Shown: positions 29,453-38,794 of the stretch, piece after piece
Layout of the letters: each line of letters begins with the position of its first letter
How positions within the stretch are numbered: the stretch's first letter is position 1
NCBI GenBank assembly: GCA_963836075.1
Contig: CAWIIB010000001.1
Span: 1,216,001 to 1,280,000 of the forward strand
Reading direction: 5' to 3'
From: an uncultured Acidobacteriota bacterium
GTDB taxonomy: Bacteria > Acidobacteriota > JAQAZP01
Length of the DNA stretch: 64,000 nucleotides
Made by a program: the position numbers and the translations under genes
The notes under the pieces: generated by a model
What the model was told of the DNA's origin: nothing
Database searches by the model: none
What the model saw: only the letters and a program-made list of their open reading frames with translations

Positions 29453-32400
29453 GTGAACAAGCAGTTGAACTGCCTCCACCGCCTCGAGGAGATCCTCGCC
29501 GACACCGACGCCCCGCTGGCCGATGTCTGCGGCCGGCTGCTGCAGGTACTGCCCGACGGCTGGCACCGCCCCGAGGATTGCGGGGTGTGCCTCATCGTGG
29601 AGGGCGAGCGGTTCGAAAGCCCCGACTTCGACACGGCCGGGTGGTCGAAGACCGAGGACATCCTCGCCGAGGGAAAGGTCTGCGGCACCATCACCGTCTC
29701 CTACGGCGACCAGCCGCCCGAAAGCGGCGCCGGGCCGTTCACCCCCGAGGAATCCCGCCTGCTGCGCACCGTGTCCATGCGGCTGGGCCGCTACCTGACC
29801 CACAAGCGGACCCGCGGGATCAGGCACGAGCTGGAGCAGGCCAGCAAGGGGCTGATCGACCGCACCACGGGCCAGTGGCGGGCGGTACTGGAGATGAGCC
29901 GCCAGACCAACCGGCGCTTCTACCTCGGCCTGGCGCGCAAGATGCTCAACCATCTCAGTTGGAGCGGCGTGCCCGAGGCCGAGCAGTTGCTGCAGAAGCT
30001 CGGCATCTGCTCCCACGATTCCGAGGCCGAGGAGCTGCTCAAAGACTGGAACGTGCCCGGCGAGCTGAAGCGCCAGGCCGAGCTTTCCGAGGACCTCAGC
30101 GAGGTGGCCTTTGCCATTGCCGCCGCCCACCTCGACGACAAGGAGATCCTGGCCCTGATCAAACGCTGGATCCAGGAGGGCCAGCTGAACTTCCTGGCCC
30201 GGGTGGTCAACCGCCACCTCTCCATGGCCGAGGTGGCCGACGCGCTGCAGCGCTACGAGTTCCTCTCCCCGGACGAGAGCGCCATCGAGCCGGCGAACAA
30301 GCGGGGCATCACCGTGGCCCTGATCCGTCGCTTCCTCGGCGACCAGTTGGAATACATCAACGTGGCCCAGCGTTACTTCGAGCCGCGTGATTTCTACCAG
30401 TTGCTGAAACGGATCATCTTCTCCGCCGAAAGCCACGGCAAGTTGGGCGGCAAGGGCGCCGGCCTGCACCTGGCGGCACAGATCCTGCGCCGCGAGGCCA
30501 AGCAGAACGAGTTGCTGGCCAACGTCCGCCTGCCCAAGACGTGGCACATCACCTCCGACGTGGTGCTCAACTTCATGCACCACAACGGTTTCGAAGAGGT
30601 GCTGGAGCAAAAGTACAAGGACACCAAGCAGATCCGCCTGGAATACCCCCACATCGTCCAGGACTTCAAGAGTGGGTTCTTCCCCCAGGAAATCGTGGCC
30701 GGCCTGGCCGCGGCACTGGACGATCTCGGTGACCAGCCGATCATCGTCCGCAGCTCCAGCCTGCTGGAAGACCGGCTGGGCTCGGCCTTCTCCGGCAAGT
30801 ACAAAAGCCTCTTCCTGGCCAACCAGGGCAGCAAGGGGATGCGGCTGGAGGCGCTGATGGCTGCTGTGGCCGAGGTATTTGCCTCCACTTTCAGCCCCGA
30901 CCCCATCGAGTATCGCGTGGAGCGGGGGCTGATCGACTACGGCGAGGAGATGGGGGTACTGATCCAGGAGGTGGTGGGCACCCGGGTGGGCCACTACTTC
31001 CTGCCCTCCTACGCCGGGGTGGCTTTCAGCAACAACGAATTCCGCTGGTCGCCGCGCATCCGCCGCGAGGACGGCCTGCTGCGGCTGGTGCCCGGCATGG
31101 GCACCCGGGCAGTTGACCGGCTGGGCGACGACTACCCGGTGCTGGTGGCCCCGGGGCAGCCGGGTCTGCGGGCCAACGTCAGCATCGACGAGGTGCTGCG
31201 CTACTCGCCGCGCAAGATCGACCTCATCGACCTGAAGACCAACCAGTTCGTCACCATCGAGCTTGCCTCGTTCATCCGTGAGCACGGACACGACCTGCCC
31301 GGGCTGAACCGGATGATCTCCATCTATCGCGATGGCCACCTTGAGAAGCCGTTCGGTATGGAGGACCTCACCGAATGCGATTCGGTGGTCACCTTCGAGG
31401 GGCTGACCGGAATTACACCGTTCGTCAAGCGGATGAAGGCGATTCTCGACACGCTGCAGAAAGCGCTGGGCACCCCGGTGGACATCGAGTTCGCCTCGGA
31501 CGGCGAGGACTTCTACCTGTTGCAGTGCCGGCCCCAGAGCTACGCCAAAGAGTGCCGGCCGGCTCCGATACCGCGAAAAATCAGCCCCGAGCGGGTCCTG
31601 TTCACCGCCCACCGCCACGTCTCCAACGGCGCCGTCCCCGGCATAACCCACGTGGTGTACGTCGACCCGCGCAGCTACGCCGAGTTGGAGAGCCAGGAGG
31701 AACTGCTGGCCGTGGGCCGGGCGGTGAGCCGGCTGAACCAGGCTTTGCCCCGGCGGCACTTCATTCTCATCGGCCCCGGCCGCTGGGGCAGCCGCGGCGA
31801 CATCAAGCTGGGGGTCAACGTCACCTACTCCGATATCAACAACACCGCGGCCCTGATCGAAGTGGCCTTCAAGAAGGGAAACTACGTCCCCGACCTCTCC
31901 TTCGGCACCCACTTCTTCCAGGACCTGGTGGAGGCCAACATCCACTACCTGCCGCTCTACCCTGACGACGACGAGGCCCGCTTCAACGAGGAGTTTTTCA
32001 CCGGCAGCGACAACGCGCTGGCCGAGTTTGCCCCGGAGTTTGCCGCATTGGCCGACACGGTGCGGGTGATCGACGTGCCGGCGGTGACAGAGGGCCGGAC
32101 ACTGGAACTGCTGATGAACGGCGACCTGGACGAAGCGGCGGCCATCTTCTCCCGGCCGGGGTTCGACCTGACGGAGCCGGGGGAGGTGGAGGGTGCCGGC
32201 ACGGACGACGGCGCGCCCTTCATTGACCGGCTGAACGTGTGGCAGGCGGAGATGGCGGACCGGGTGGCCGCGGAAACGGATTCGGCCCGTTTCGGGATCG
32301 AAGCGCTGTGGCACCGTGTCGACCCCGGCGGCGAGGACGAACGAATTGTCCTGCTGGTCCAGTTCAAGGAAGCCGGAGCGCAGCGGGGGGCCTACCAGGA

Positions 32401-32590
32401 CTGGCTGGACGGCTGGAACCACGGACTACTGGAGCTTTTCCAACAGCGCACCGGCCACCGGCCGGAAAAGATACTGGACGCCCACTTCCTTACTGCGGAC
32501 CAGGTCAGGGGTGACGAGGGCCGGGCCACCGGCATCGGGGCCGAAGAGAACCCCGCCAGGCCGCTGGCGCTGCCCGGGCGCCGGAGGTGA
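29453..32590 (+). CDS. PEP/pyruvate-binding (PPDK N-terminal, ATP-grasp) domain protein with a GAF-like N-terminus and no PEP-utiliser TIM barrel
   Basis: GKLGGKGAGL, VRSSSLLED, AFSGKYKS, EEMGVLIQEVVG, PVDIEFA, LLQCRP, GPGRWGS, SFGTHFFQD. Confidence 0.85.
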   Translation: MNKQLNCLHRLEEILADTDAPLADVCGRLLQVLPDGWHRPEDCGVCLIVEGERFESPDFDTAGWSKTEDILAEGKVCGTITVSYGDQPPESGAGPFTPEESRLLRTVSMRLGRYLTHKRTRGIRHELEQASKGLIDRTTGQWRAVLEMSRQTNRRFYLGLARKMLNHLSWSGVPEAEQLLQKLGICSHDSEAEELLKDWNVPGELKRQAELSEDLSEVAFAIAAAHLDDKEILALIKRWIQEGQLNFLARVVNRHLSMAEVADALQRYEFLSPDESAIEPANKRGITVALIRRFLGDQLEYINVAQRYFEPRDFYQLLKRIIFSAESHGKLGGKGAGLHLAAQILRREAKQNELLANVRLPKTWHITSDVVLNFMHHNGFEEVLEQKYKDTKQIRLEYPHIVQDFKSGFFPQEIVAGLAAALDDLGDQPIIVRSSSLLEDRLGSAFSGKYKSLFLANQGSKGMRLEALMAAVAEVFASTFSPDPIEYRVERGLIDYGEEMGVLIQEVVGTRVGHYFLPSYAGVAFSNNEFRWSPRIRREDGLLRLVPGMGTRAVDRLGDDYPVLVAPGQPGLRANVSIDEVLRYSPRKIDLIDLKTNQFVTIELASFIREHGHDLPGLNRMISIYRDGHLEKPFGMEDLTECDSVVTFEGLTGITPFVKRMKAILDTLQKALGTPVDIEFASDGEDFYLLQCRPQSYAKECRPAPIPRKISPERVLFTAHRHVSNGAVPGITHVVYVDPRSYAELESQEELLAVGRAVSRLNQALPRRHFILIGPGRWGSRGDIKLGVNVTYSDINNTAALIEVAFKKGNYVPDLSFGTHFFQDLVEANIHYLPLYPDDDEARFNEEFFTGSDNALAEFAPEFAALADTVRVIDVPAVTEGRTLELLMNGDLDEAAAIFSRPGFDLTEPGEVEGAGTDDGAPFIDRLNVWQAEMADRVAAETDSARFGIEALWHRVDPGGEDERIVLLVQFKEAGAQRGAYQDWLDGWNHGLLELFQQRTGHRPEKILDAHFLTADQVRGDEGRATGIGAEENPARPLALPGRRR

Positions 32591-32591
32591 G

Positions 32592-34286
32592 ATGTCCCAC
32601 CTGGCCGCCCTGGTGACCGCCGACCTGCGCTCCGCCCGGAACCGCTTCACCCGCGGGGGATGGGGCGAACGTCTGGGGGCAGCCGCCGCCCTGCTGGTGG
32701 TGACCCTTTTCTGCTGGGGCTGTCACAGCTTCTTCCGCCGCATCTTCGACGGGATCCTCCAGCTGCGTTCGGTGGAATCGATGCTGCCCACCGAGCTCAC
32801 CGGCTCGCTGCAGGCGCTCACCGCCCGGCTGCTGGCCATGACCGCGCTGACCGCCCTCTCCGCGCTCTTCGCCTCCTCGCTGGTCACCGGGCTGGCCGCG
32901 GCGGTCCAGTCCCGGGACCTGCCGCTGCTCCTGGCCCAGCCGCTGCCCCGGCTCTCCCTCTACGGCCACCGCCTGCTGCGCAGCACCCTGGCCGCCGGCG
33001 CGCCGATCCTGCTCTTCCTCCTGCCCACGGCCCACGCCCTGGGCAGTTCATGGGGCCACCCCTGGCGGGTGACCCTCACCGCCGCCGCCACCGGCCTGCT
33101 GCTCACCACCGGCACCGCCGCCCTGGGCCTGGCCCTGGTACTGGTGCTGCTACGGGTCTTCCCCGCCGGGAAAACCGCACAGACCATCACCTCCATCTCC
33201 GCCCTCTCCCTGGCGGTGGTCATCGGGGCAGTGCGCGCGGTGCGGCCGGAGCGGCTGTTCAACCCGGCCAGCGGCGAAGACCTGCTTTCGGCACTGCAGA
33301 GCATGGAACTGCCGGCACTGCACTTCTACCCCTCCTCCTGGATGACCGATTGCTGGATGGCGGTGGCCACCGGAGCCGGGGTGCGGCAACCCCTCGGCCA
33401 ACTGGCCCTCTATTGCGCCATTGCCGTCATTCTTGGGGCGACTGCCTTTGTCACACTGCACCGCCACGGCTGGATCCGGGCCCGTGAAGCCCCGGCCCCG
33501 ACCCTGCCCGGCGCCGGCGCGGCCGGCCGGCTGGGCCGCCGGCTCTGTGCGCTGCTCCCCCGGCCGATGGCCGCCGTGGCCCGCCTGGAACTGGCCTCGA
33601 TCACACGAGATGCCGGCCAGTGGACCCAACTGGCTCTGCTGGCCGCGCTCTCCGGGCTCTATCTCTACAACCTGAAAATGATCCCCGGCGACCAGCGGAT
33701 CGTCGGTCCGCTGCTGGCCCTGCTCAACGTGGGGGTGGCCGGCCTGGTGCTCAGCGCGGTGGCCCTGCGCCTGGGCCTCCCCTCGGTCTCCCGTGACGGA
33801 CCCTCCCGCTGGCTTCCCGAGACCTCGCCGCTGAGCGCGTTCCATCGGTTGCTGGCCAAGAGCCTGGTGGTGGGTGGACCGCTGGTGCTGCTGGGCGGCG
33901 GCCTGACCACTGCCGCTGCCCTGCTGGTTCCCGCGCCGCTGGGCCTGAGGAGCCACGCGGTGATAGCGGTGCTGCTGATGGGCCCCACCCTGGCCGCCAT
34001 GGCCGTGGGTGTGGGCGCCCGTTTCCCGCGCTACGACGCGGCCGACGCCTCCCAGGCCACCATCGGCTCCGGCGGGCTGCTGGGGTTCGCTTTGATGCTG
34101 CTCTACACCGGCGTGATGACCGTGCTCTCCGCCCGGCCGGTATTCAGCTGGTATCTGTCCCGGGTGGGCTTTCACACCGGCCCCTCAACCCTGTTCCTGG
34201 TCTCGCTGCTGCTTCAGGCAGCGCTGTCGCTGCTGCTCGGGGCCGGGGCGCTCTGGTGGGGGGCTCGTTTCCTGGAGAAGAGATGA
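32592..34286 (+). CDS. Putative ABC exporter permease (multi-TM)
   Basis: GGAGG RBS; 12 or more hydrophobic helices; RDLPLLLAQP, RDAGQWTQ, YLYN, PSVSRDG and RFPRYD motifs of putative ABC-2 permeases. Confidence 0.8.
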   Translation: MSHLAALVTADLRSARNRFTRGGWGERLGAAAALLVVTLFCWGCHSFFRRIFDGILQLRSVESMLPTELTGSLQALTARLLAMTALTALSALFASSLVTGLAAAVQSRDLPLLLAQPLPRLSLYGHRLLRSTLAAGAPILLFLLPTAHALGSSWGHPWRVTLTAAATGLLLTTGTAALGLALVLVLLRVFPAGKTAQTITSISALSLAVVIGAVRAVRPERLFNPASGEDLLSALQSMELPALHFYPSSWMTDCWMAVATGAGVRQPLGQLALYCAIAVILGATAFVTLHRHGWIRAREAPAPTLPGAGAAGRLGRRLCALLPRPMAAVARLELASITRDAGQWTQLALLAALSGLYLYNLKMIPGDQRIVGPLLALLNVGVAGLVLSAVALRLGLPSVSRDGPSRWLPETSPLSAFHRLLAKSLVVGGPLVLLGGGLTTAAALLVPAPLGLRSHAVIAVLLMGPTLAAMAVGVGARFPRYDAADASQATIGSGGLLGFALMLLYTGVMTVLSARPVFSWYLSRVGFHTGPSTLFLVSLLLQAALSLLLGAGALWWGARFLEKR

Positions 34287-34291
34287 TTAGC

Positions 34292-34419
34292 GGCGACAGT
34301 CACCTATTTCATGGCCTTGCGGCAGCGAATGCAAAAACTGGTGACTGTCACCCGGGGATATGAGCAGTAAAACTCACAAATAAAATAGGATGGCTTGTTT
34401 AAAATAGGTGGCTGTCACC
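34292..34419. repeat. MITE/REP-like element with 18-bp terminal inverted repeats and an internal GGTGACTGTCACC palindrome
   Basis: GGCGACAGTCACCTATTT (34292-34309) against the reverse complement of AAATAGGTGGCTGTCACC (34402-34419) matches at 16/18; palindrome at 34340-34352. Confidence 0.6.
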
Positions 34420-34477
34420 ACTTTAATATCCCCTGACAGTTTCCGATAAGGGGGGTATGAATCCGAACCAGCCGCTG

Positions 34478-34486
34478 TGGTATCAT
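34478..34486 (+). promoter_or_regulatory. Extended -10 promoter of the amidase-actin-TPR operon
   Basis: TGgTATCAT followed by an AT-rich tract, about 25 bp before the ATG. Confidence 0.45.
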
Positions 34487-34510
34487 ATTTTTTTTACATG
34501 AGCATTCCAG

Positions 34511-35563
34511 ATGCGTCAGAAGCAGCGGATCAAGCGCTCCCTGATCAGGGAGCTGGTTGAAGAGAATATCGAGGCCATCGAGCGTCGGCCCCGGGGATCC
34601 CTGCGCCGGCGCCGCCGGTTCAATCGGGCCCGGCTGTTCCACTGGATTCTCAGTGGCGTGGCCGGGATGGCGGTGGGGGCCCTGCTCTTTTTCACGGTCC
34701 TCGACACCGGGGGCCGGCTCTACCGCCAGTGGCTTGGAGGAGACCCGGATCCGGGTCCCGCCGAGACCGACGGCTCGGTTCTCGACACGCTGGGGGAGGC
34801 GGTCCTGCCGGCCGGGTTCACCCGCCCCGAACCGCTGGCGCCCGATGTGATCCCGCTGGCCGTCAACCGGATCGCCATCGACGCCGGACATGGCGGGGAC
34901 GAGGAGGGGACGATCACCGAGTCGGGGCTGATGGAGAAGGAGCTGACCCTCGACATCGCCCACAGGCTCAGACGGCTCCTCGAATCGGCCTCCTATTCGG
35001 TGACCATGATCCGCACCGGGGACGAGGACGTACAGCTGAAGGAAAGGGCCAGGACGGCCAATGAGGCACGGGCGGACATCTATCTCTCGATCCACGTCAA
35101 CTGGATCCGCAACCGCACGGTGCGCGGGGTGGAGACCTACTATCTGGGGCCCACCGACGACCCGCACATTCGGAAGCTGGCCTCTTTGGAGAACCGCGAT
35201 TCCGGATACTCGGTGGCCGATTACCGGCGCCTGCTGGACTCGATTTACGCCGATGCCCGGAGCTTCGAGTCGCGGCGCCTGGCCACCGCGGTCCAGCGTT
35301 CGCTGTTCAGCAGCCTGCGCCGCACCACACCCGAAATCAGTAACCGCGGGGTCAAGTGCGCGCCCTTCGTGGTGCTGGTGGCCACGAATATGCCGGCCAT
35401 CCTGGCCGAGGTCTCCTGCCTGTCCAACGAACATGAGGCCCGGCTGCTGGCCCGGCCCGCCTATCGTCAACAGATCGCCCGAGCTCTTTTCGAGGGGATC
35501 CGAAATTACAGTGCACCGCCGGAAACCGCAGACAGCGGCGGCGGAAAAGGGAAGGAATCATGA
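34511..35563 (+). CDS. N-acetylmuramoyl-L-alanine amidase (Amidase_3), inner-membrane anchored
   Basis: IAIDAGHGG, EKELTL, LKERA, YLSIHVN, GVETYY, PFVVL, MPAILAEV; basic N-tail followed by one TM helix. Confidence 0.93.
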   Translation: MRQKQRIKRSLIRELVEENIEAIERRPRGSLRRRRRFNRARLFHWILSGVAGMAVGALLFFTVLDTGGRLYRQWLGGDPDPGPAETDGSVLDTLGEAVLPAGFTRPEPLAPDVIPLAVNRIAIDAGHGGDEEGTITESGLMEKELTLDIAHRLRRLLESASYSVTMIRTGDEDVQLKERARTANEARADIYLSIHVNWIRNRTVRGVETYYLGPTDDPHIRKLASLENRDSGYSVADYRRLLDSIYADARSFESRRLATAVQRSLFSSLRRTTPEISNRGVKCAPFVVLVATNMPAILAEVSCLSNEHEARLLARPAYRQQIARALFEGIRNYSAPPETADSGGGKGKES

Positions 35564-36591
35564 GTACAGAGCAAGGTGATCTCTATATCGGTATCGACCT
35601 CGGGACATCGCGCAGCGCCATCGCCACATCCGAAGGCCAGCGTCACGTGGTGGAGAGCTACGTCGGCTGGCCGCTGGACATGGTGGCCCGGAAGGTGATC
35701 AAGCGGGACGTGCTGATCGGCCGGGAAGCGCTGGACAACCGGATGATGCTCGACCTGCACCGGCCGCTGGAACGGGGGCTGCTCAAGGAGGGCTCGGAAA
35801 AGGACCAGGCCGCGGTGCGCCAGCTGATGTCCCACCTGCTGGACCTGGCCGGGGTTCGCGAGATCCGCGAGAAAGGGGCCAAGGTGCGGGCAGTGGTTGG
35901 TGTGCCGGCCGAAGCCCTGCGGGTAAACAAGGAGCACCTGCGTGAAGCGCTCCAGGGCCTGGTGGACGGCCTGATCATCGTTTCCGAGCCGTTCGCCGTT
36001 GCCTACGGCATGGAAGCCCTGCTCCACGCCCTGGTGATCGACGTGGGAGCCGGCACCACCGACTTCTGCATGATGAAAGGCCACTACCCCACTGACGAAG
36101 ACCAGCGGACTCTGCCCAACGCCGGCGACTGGGTGGACGAACAGCTGGCCACCCTGCTGGCCGAACGGAAAGCCGAGGTCAAGGTTTCGATCCACACCGT
36201 GCGGCAGTGGAAGGAAAACTGGAGTTTTGTCGGTGACAACAGCAAACCGCTGAAGGTCAACGTTCCGGTGGGCGGAAAACCGACGGAAATCGACATCACC
36301 GACGAACTGCGCGTGGCCTGCGAAGGGCTGATCGCTCCGGTGTCGGAAACGATGATCGACCTCATTGCCGCCACCGAAACCGAATACCAGGAACGTGTGC
36401 GCCAGAACATCATCCTCGCCGGTGGCAGCTCGGCCATCCGGGGTTTTGCCAAACGCCTGGAGGACGAACTCGCCGACTACGGCGGCGGCAAGATCAAAGT
36501 GGTGGATGACCCAGTCTTTGCCGGGTGTGACGGGGGGCTGGCGCTGGCCATCGATGCACCCGGCGCCGATTGGGAAAAACTGACCAACTGA
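35560..36591 (+). CDS. mamK: MamK-family bacterial actin (MreB/Mbl superfamily)
   Basis: GIDLGTS, VVGVPA, VSEPFAVAYG, IDVGAGTTDFC..KG..P..EDQ, KENWSFVG, ACE, EYQ..QNIILAGG, DPVFAGC..W; a MamK-like rather than MreB-like pattern. Confidence 0.85.
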   Translation: MSTEQGDLYIGIDLGTSRSAIATSEGQRHVVESYVGWPLDMVARKVIKRDVLIGREALDNRMMLDLHRPLERGLLKEGSEKDQAAVRQLMSHLLDLAGVREIREKGAKVRAVVGVPAEALRVNKEHLREALQGLVDGLIIVSEPFAVAYGMEALLHALVIDVGAGTTDFCMMKGHYPTDEDQRTLPNAGDWVDEQLATLLAERKAEVKVSIHTVRQWKENWSFVGDNSKPLKVNVPVGGKPTEIDITDELRVACEGLIAPVSETMIDLIAATETEYQERVRQNIILAGGSSAIRGFAKRLEDELADYGGGKIKVVDDPVFAGCDGGLALAIDAPGADWEKLTN

Positions 36592-36605
36592 AACTCGGGG
36601 AAAAT

Positions 36606-37067
36606 ATGAGTGATGAAATCACAACCGCCGCCTGGGAGGGCATCAACCTCTGCCGGGGCGGCTCCTGGAGCCAGGGAGTAACCCGCCTGACCCGGGTGGC
36701 CCGCGAGAAGCATCCGGACACCAAACTCCCCGGGATCTTTTACTCTTATCTGGGGTATGGCATCGCCCTTTGTGAGCACCGGGTCCGCGAGGGCCTGGTC
36801 CTCTGTGAGCAGGCGGTGAAGACCGGGTTCTACGAGCCGGAGAACTACCTCAATCTCTCGCGGGCTTTCCTGCTGCGCAAGAATCGCCGGGCGGCGGTGA
36901 AGTGGCTGAACAAGGGGCTCAAAGTGGATCCAAATCACGAGGGCCTGATCAGCCTGCAGCAGGACATGGGCGTCCGGAAGCGGCCGATCATCCCCTTCCT
37001 GTCCCGGGACGCCGCCTTCAACATTTTGCTGGGCAAAATGCGGCACAACCTGACCAAACGCCGCTGA
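36606..37067 (+). CDS. Tetratricopeptide repeat protein
   Basis: YSYLGYGIA..LCEQAV..PENYLNLSRAFL..GLKVDP; starts 14 nt after the actin stop. Confidence 0.8.
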   Translation: MSDEITTAAWEGINLCRGGSWSQGVTRLTRVAREKHPDTKLPGIFYSYLGYGIALCEHRVREGLVLCEQAVKTGFYEPENYLNLSRAFLLRKNRRAAVKWLNKGLKVDPNHEGLISLQQDMGVRKRPIIPFLSRDAAFNILLGKMRHNLTKRR

Positions 37068-37133
37068 TTCCTGACACCGGAGCGCCCAAGCGAACACCGG
37101 CGCAGCCCGGTCATCCGTTGGAGGACCCGTACC

Positions 37134-38771
37134 GTGAAACCGCAGCTCTCCCTGCTCATCGCCGCCCTGCTGGCGGTTGCCGCCCCTACGGCGCCAACCG
37201 CTGAGGCCTGCACCAACTTCCTGGTCACCAGGGGCGCCTCCGCCGACGGTTCGGTGATGATCACCTACACCTGTGACGGCGAGTTCCACCCCACCATGCG
37301 CTACCTGCCGGCCGAGGACCACGAGGAAGAGTTCGAGGAGCTGACCCACTGGACCGGCGAGGTGGTGGGCAGGATCCGCCAGGTGCCGCACACCTATGCC
37401 GTGGTGCAGCTGATGAACGAACACCAGGTGGCCATGGGCGAGACCACCTGGGACGGCCGGGAGGAACTGCGCAACAAAGAGGGGATGCTGCACTACTGGA
37501 TGCTGATGCGGCTGGCCCTGCAGCGCTCGCGCACCGCCCGGGAAGCCATCGAGGTGATGGCCGCCCTGGTGGACGAGTACGGCTACTCCAGCACCGGCGA
37601 GTCGATGGTCATCGCCGACCCCGACGAGGCCTGGATCATGGAGATCATCGGCCCCGGCCCGGGCGGCAAGGGTGCCATCTGGGTGGCCATGAAGGTGCCC
37701 GACGGCTCGGTCTGCGCCTATGCCAACAAGTCACGGATCGCCGGGTTCCCTCTGGACGACCCCGAAAACTGCCTCTACTCACCCAACGTCATCTCCTTTG
37801 CCGTGGAAAAGGGCTACTACGACCCGCAGAGCGGCGTCCCCTTCAGTTTCCGCGATGCGTACTGCCCGGCCTCGCCGCAGAAGATCGGCTACACCTCCAC
37901 CCGGGTCTGGAGCCTCTACCGCCGCTGCGCCCCCTCGCTGGAGCTCACCGCCGACTACAGCAGGGCCGCGGCCGGTGCCGAGCACTACCCGCTCTGGATC
38001 GAGCCGGATAAAAAACTGAGTGTGGGTGACGTCTTCGACCTGATGCGCGACCACTACGAAGGCACCGAGCTGGACATGACCAGGGGTGTGGACGCCGGCC
38101 CCTTCGGCACACCCAACCGCTGGCGGCCCATGACCTTTACCGTGGACGACGAACTCTACTCCTGGGAGCGACCCATCTCCACCCAGCAGACCGGCTTCTC
38201 CATCGTCACCCAGTCCCGCTCCTGGCTCCCCGACCCGGTGGGCGGCGTGCTGTGGTATGGCGTGGACGACACTGACGGCACCTGCTACGTGCCGATGTAT
38301 TGCGGCATCGACCAGGCCCCCGAGGCCTTTACCCGGGGCAGCTTCACGCACTTCTCCTGGGACTCCGCCTGGTGGATTTTCAACCTGGTGGCCAACTATG
38401 CCAACCTCAAGTATTCCTACATGATCGAGGACATCCGCGCCGTGCAGTCGGCCATCGAGGACGAGTTCCTCGCCCTGCAGCCGGAGCTGGACCGCACCGC
38501 CGCCGCCCTCTACGAGAAGGACCGGCCGCTGATGACCCGCTACCTCACCGATTTCTCGGTAAGCCGCGCCGAGCAGACCGTCACACGGTGGCAGGCCCTG
38601 GCCGAGCACCTTATCACCAAGTACAACGACGGCTACGTGCGGAACGAGAAAGGCCGGCCCGAGGAAGTGGGCTACCCCGAAAGCTGGTTGCGCGAGGTGC
38701 TGAACAGCCGGCCCGAGCAGTTCAAGATGGACAACCGGGGGAAGACGGTGGAGACGGAACTCTGGTCCTAA
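37134..38771 (+). CDS. C69 family dipeptidase (Ntn hydrolase), secreted
   Basis: Signal peptide ending AEA/CTNFLV; GASADGS, MNEHQV.MGETT, IADPDEAW, RDHYEG, WERPIS. Confidence 0.92.
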   Translation: MKPQLSLLIAALLAVAAPTAPTAEACTNFLVTRGASADGSVMITYTCDGEFHPTMRYLPAEDHEEEFEELTHWTGEVVGRIRQVPHTYAVVQLMNEHQVAMGETTWDGREELRNKEGMLHYWMLMRLALQRSRTAREAIEVMAALVDEYGYSSTGESMVIADPDEAWIMEIIGPGPGGKGAIWVAMKVPDGSVCAYANKSRIAGFPLDDPENCLYSPNVISFAVEKGYYDPQSGVPFSFRDAYCPASPQKIGYTSTRVWSLYRRCAPSLELTADYSRAAAGAEHYPLWIEPDKKLSVGDVFDLMRDHYEGTELDMTRGVDAGPFGTPNRWRPMTFTVDDELYSWERPISTQQTGFSIVTQSRSWLPDPVGGVLWYGVDDTDGTCYVPMYCGIDQAPEAFTRGSFTHFSWDSAWWIFNLVANYANLKYSYMIEDIRAVQSAIEDEFLALQPELDRTAAALYEKDRPLMTRYLTDFSVSRAEQTVTRWQALAEHLITKYNDGYVRNEKGRPEEVGYPESWLREVLNSRPEQFKMDNRGKTVETELWS

Positions 38772-38794
38772 CCGCCCCTGGACACCGCCTTGAT

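Noticed and set aside
29372-32422. Very long antisense or alternate-frame ORFs (e.g. 29372..32422 -, 43607..45763 +, 13518..15725 -, 23820..25736 +, 16418..18280 -)
   Set aside because: Shadow ORFs of high-GC3 genes on the opposite strand; no recognisable motifs.
34511-37067. Magnetosome gene cluster, or the TPR protein as MamA
   Set aside because: Only the actin is MamK-like; the TPR is short and generic, and no other mam genes are visible in the window.
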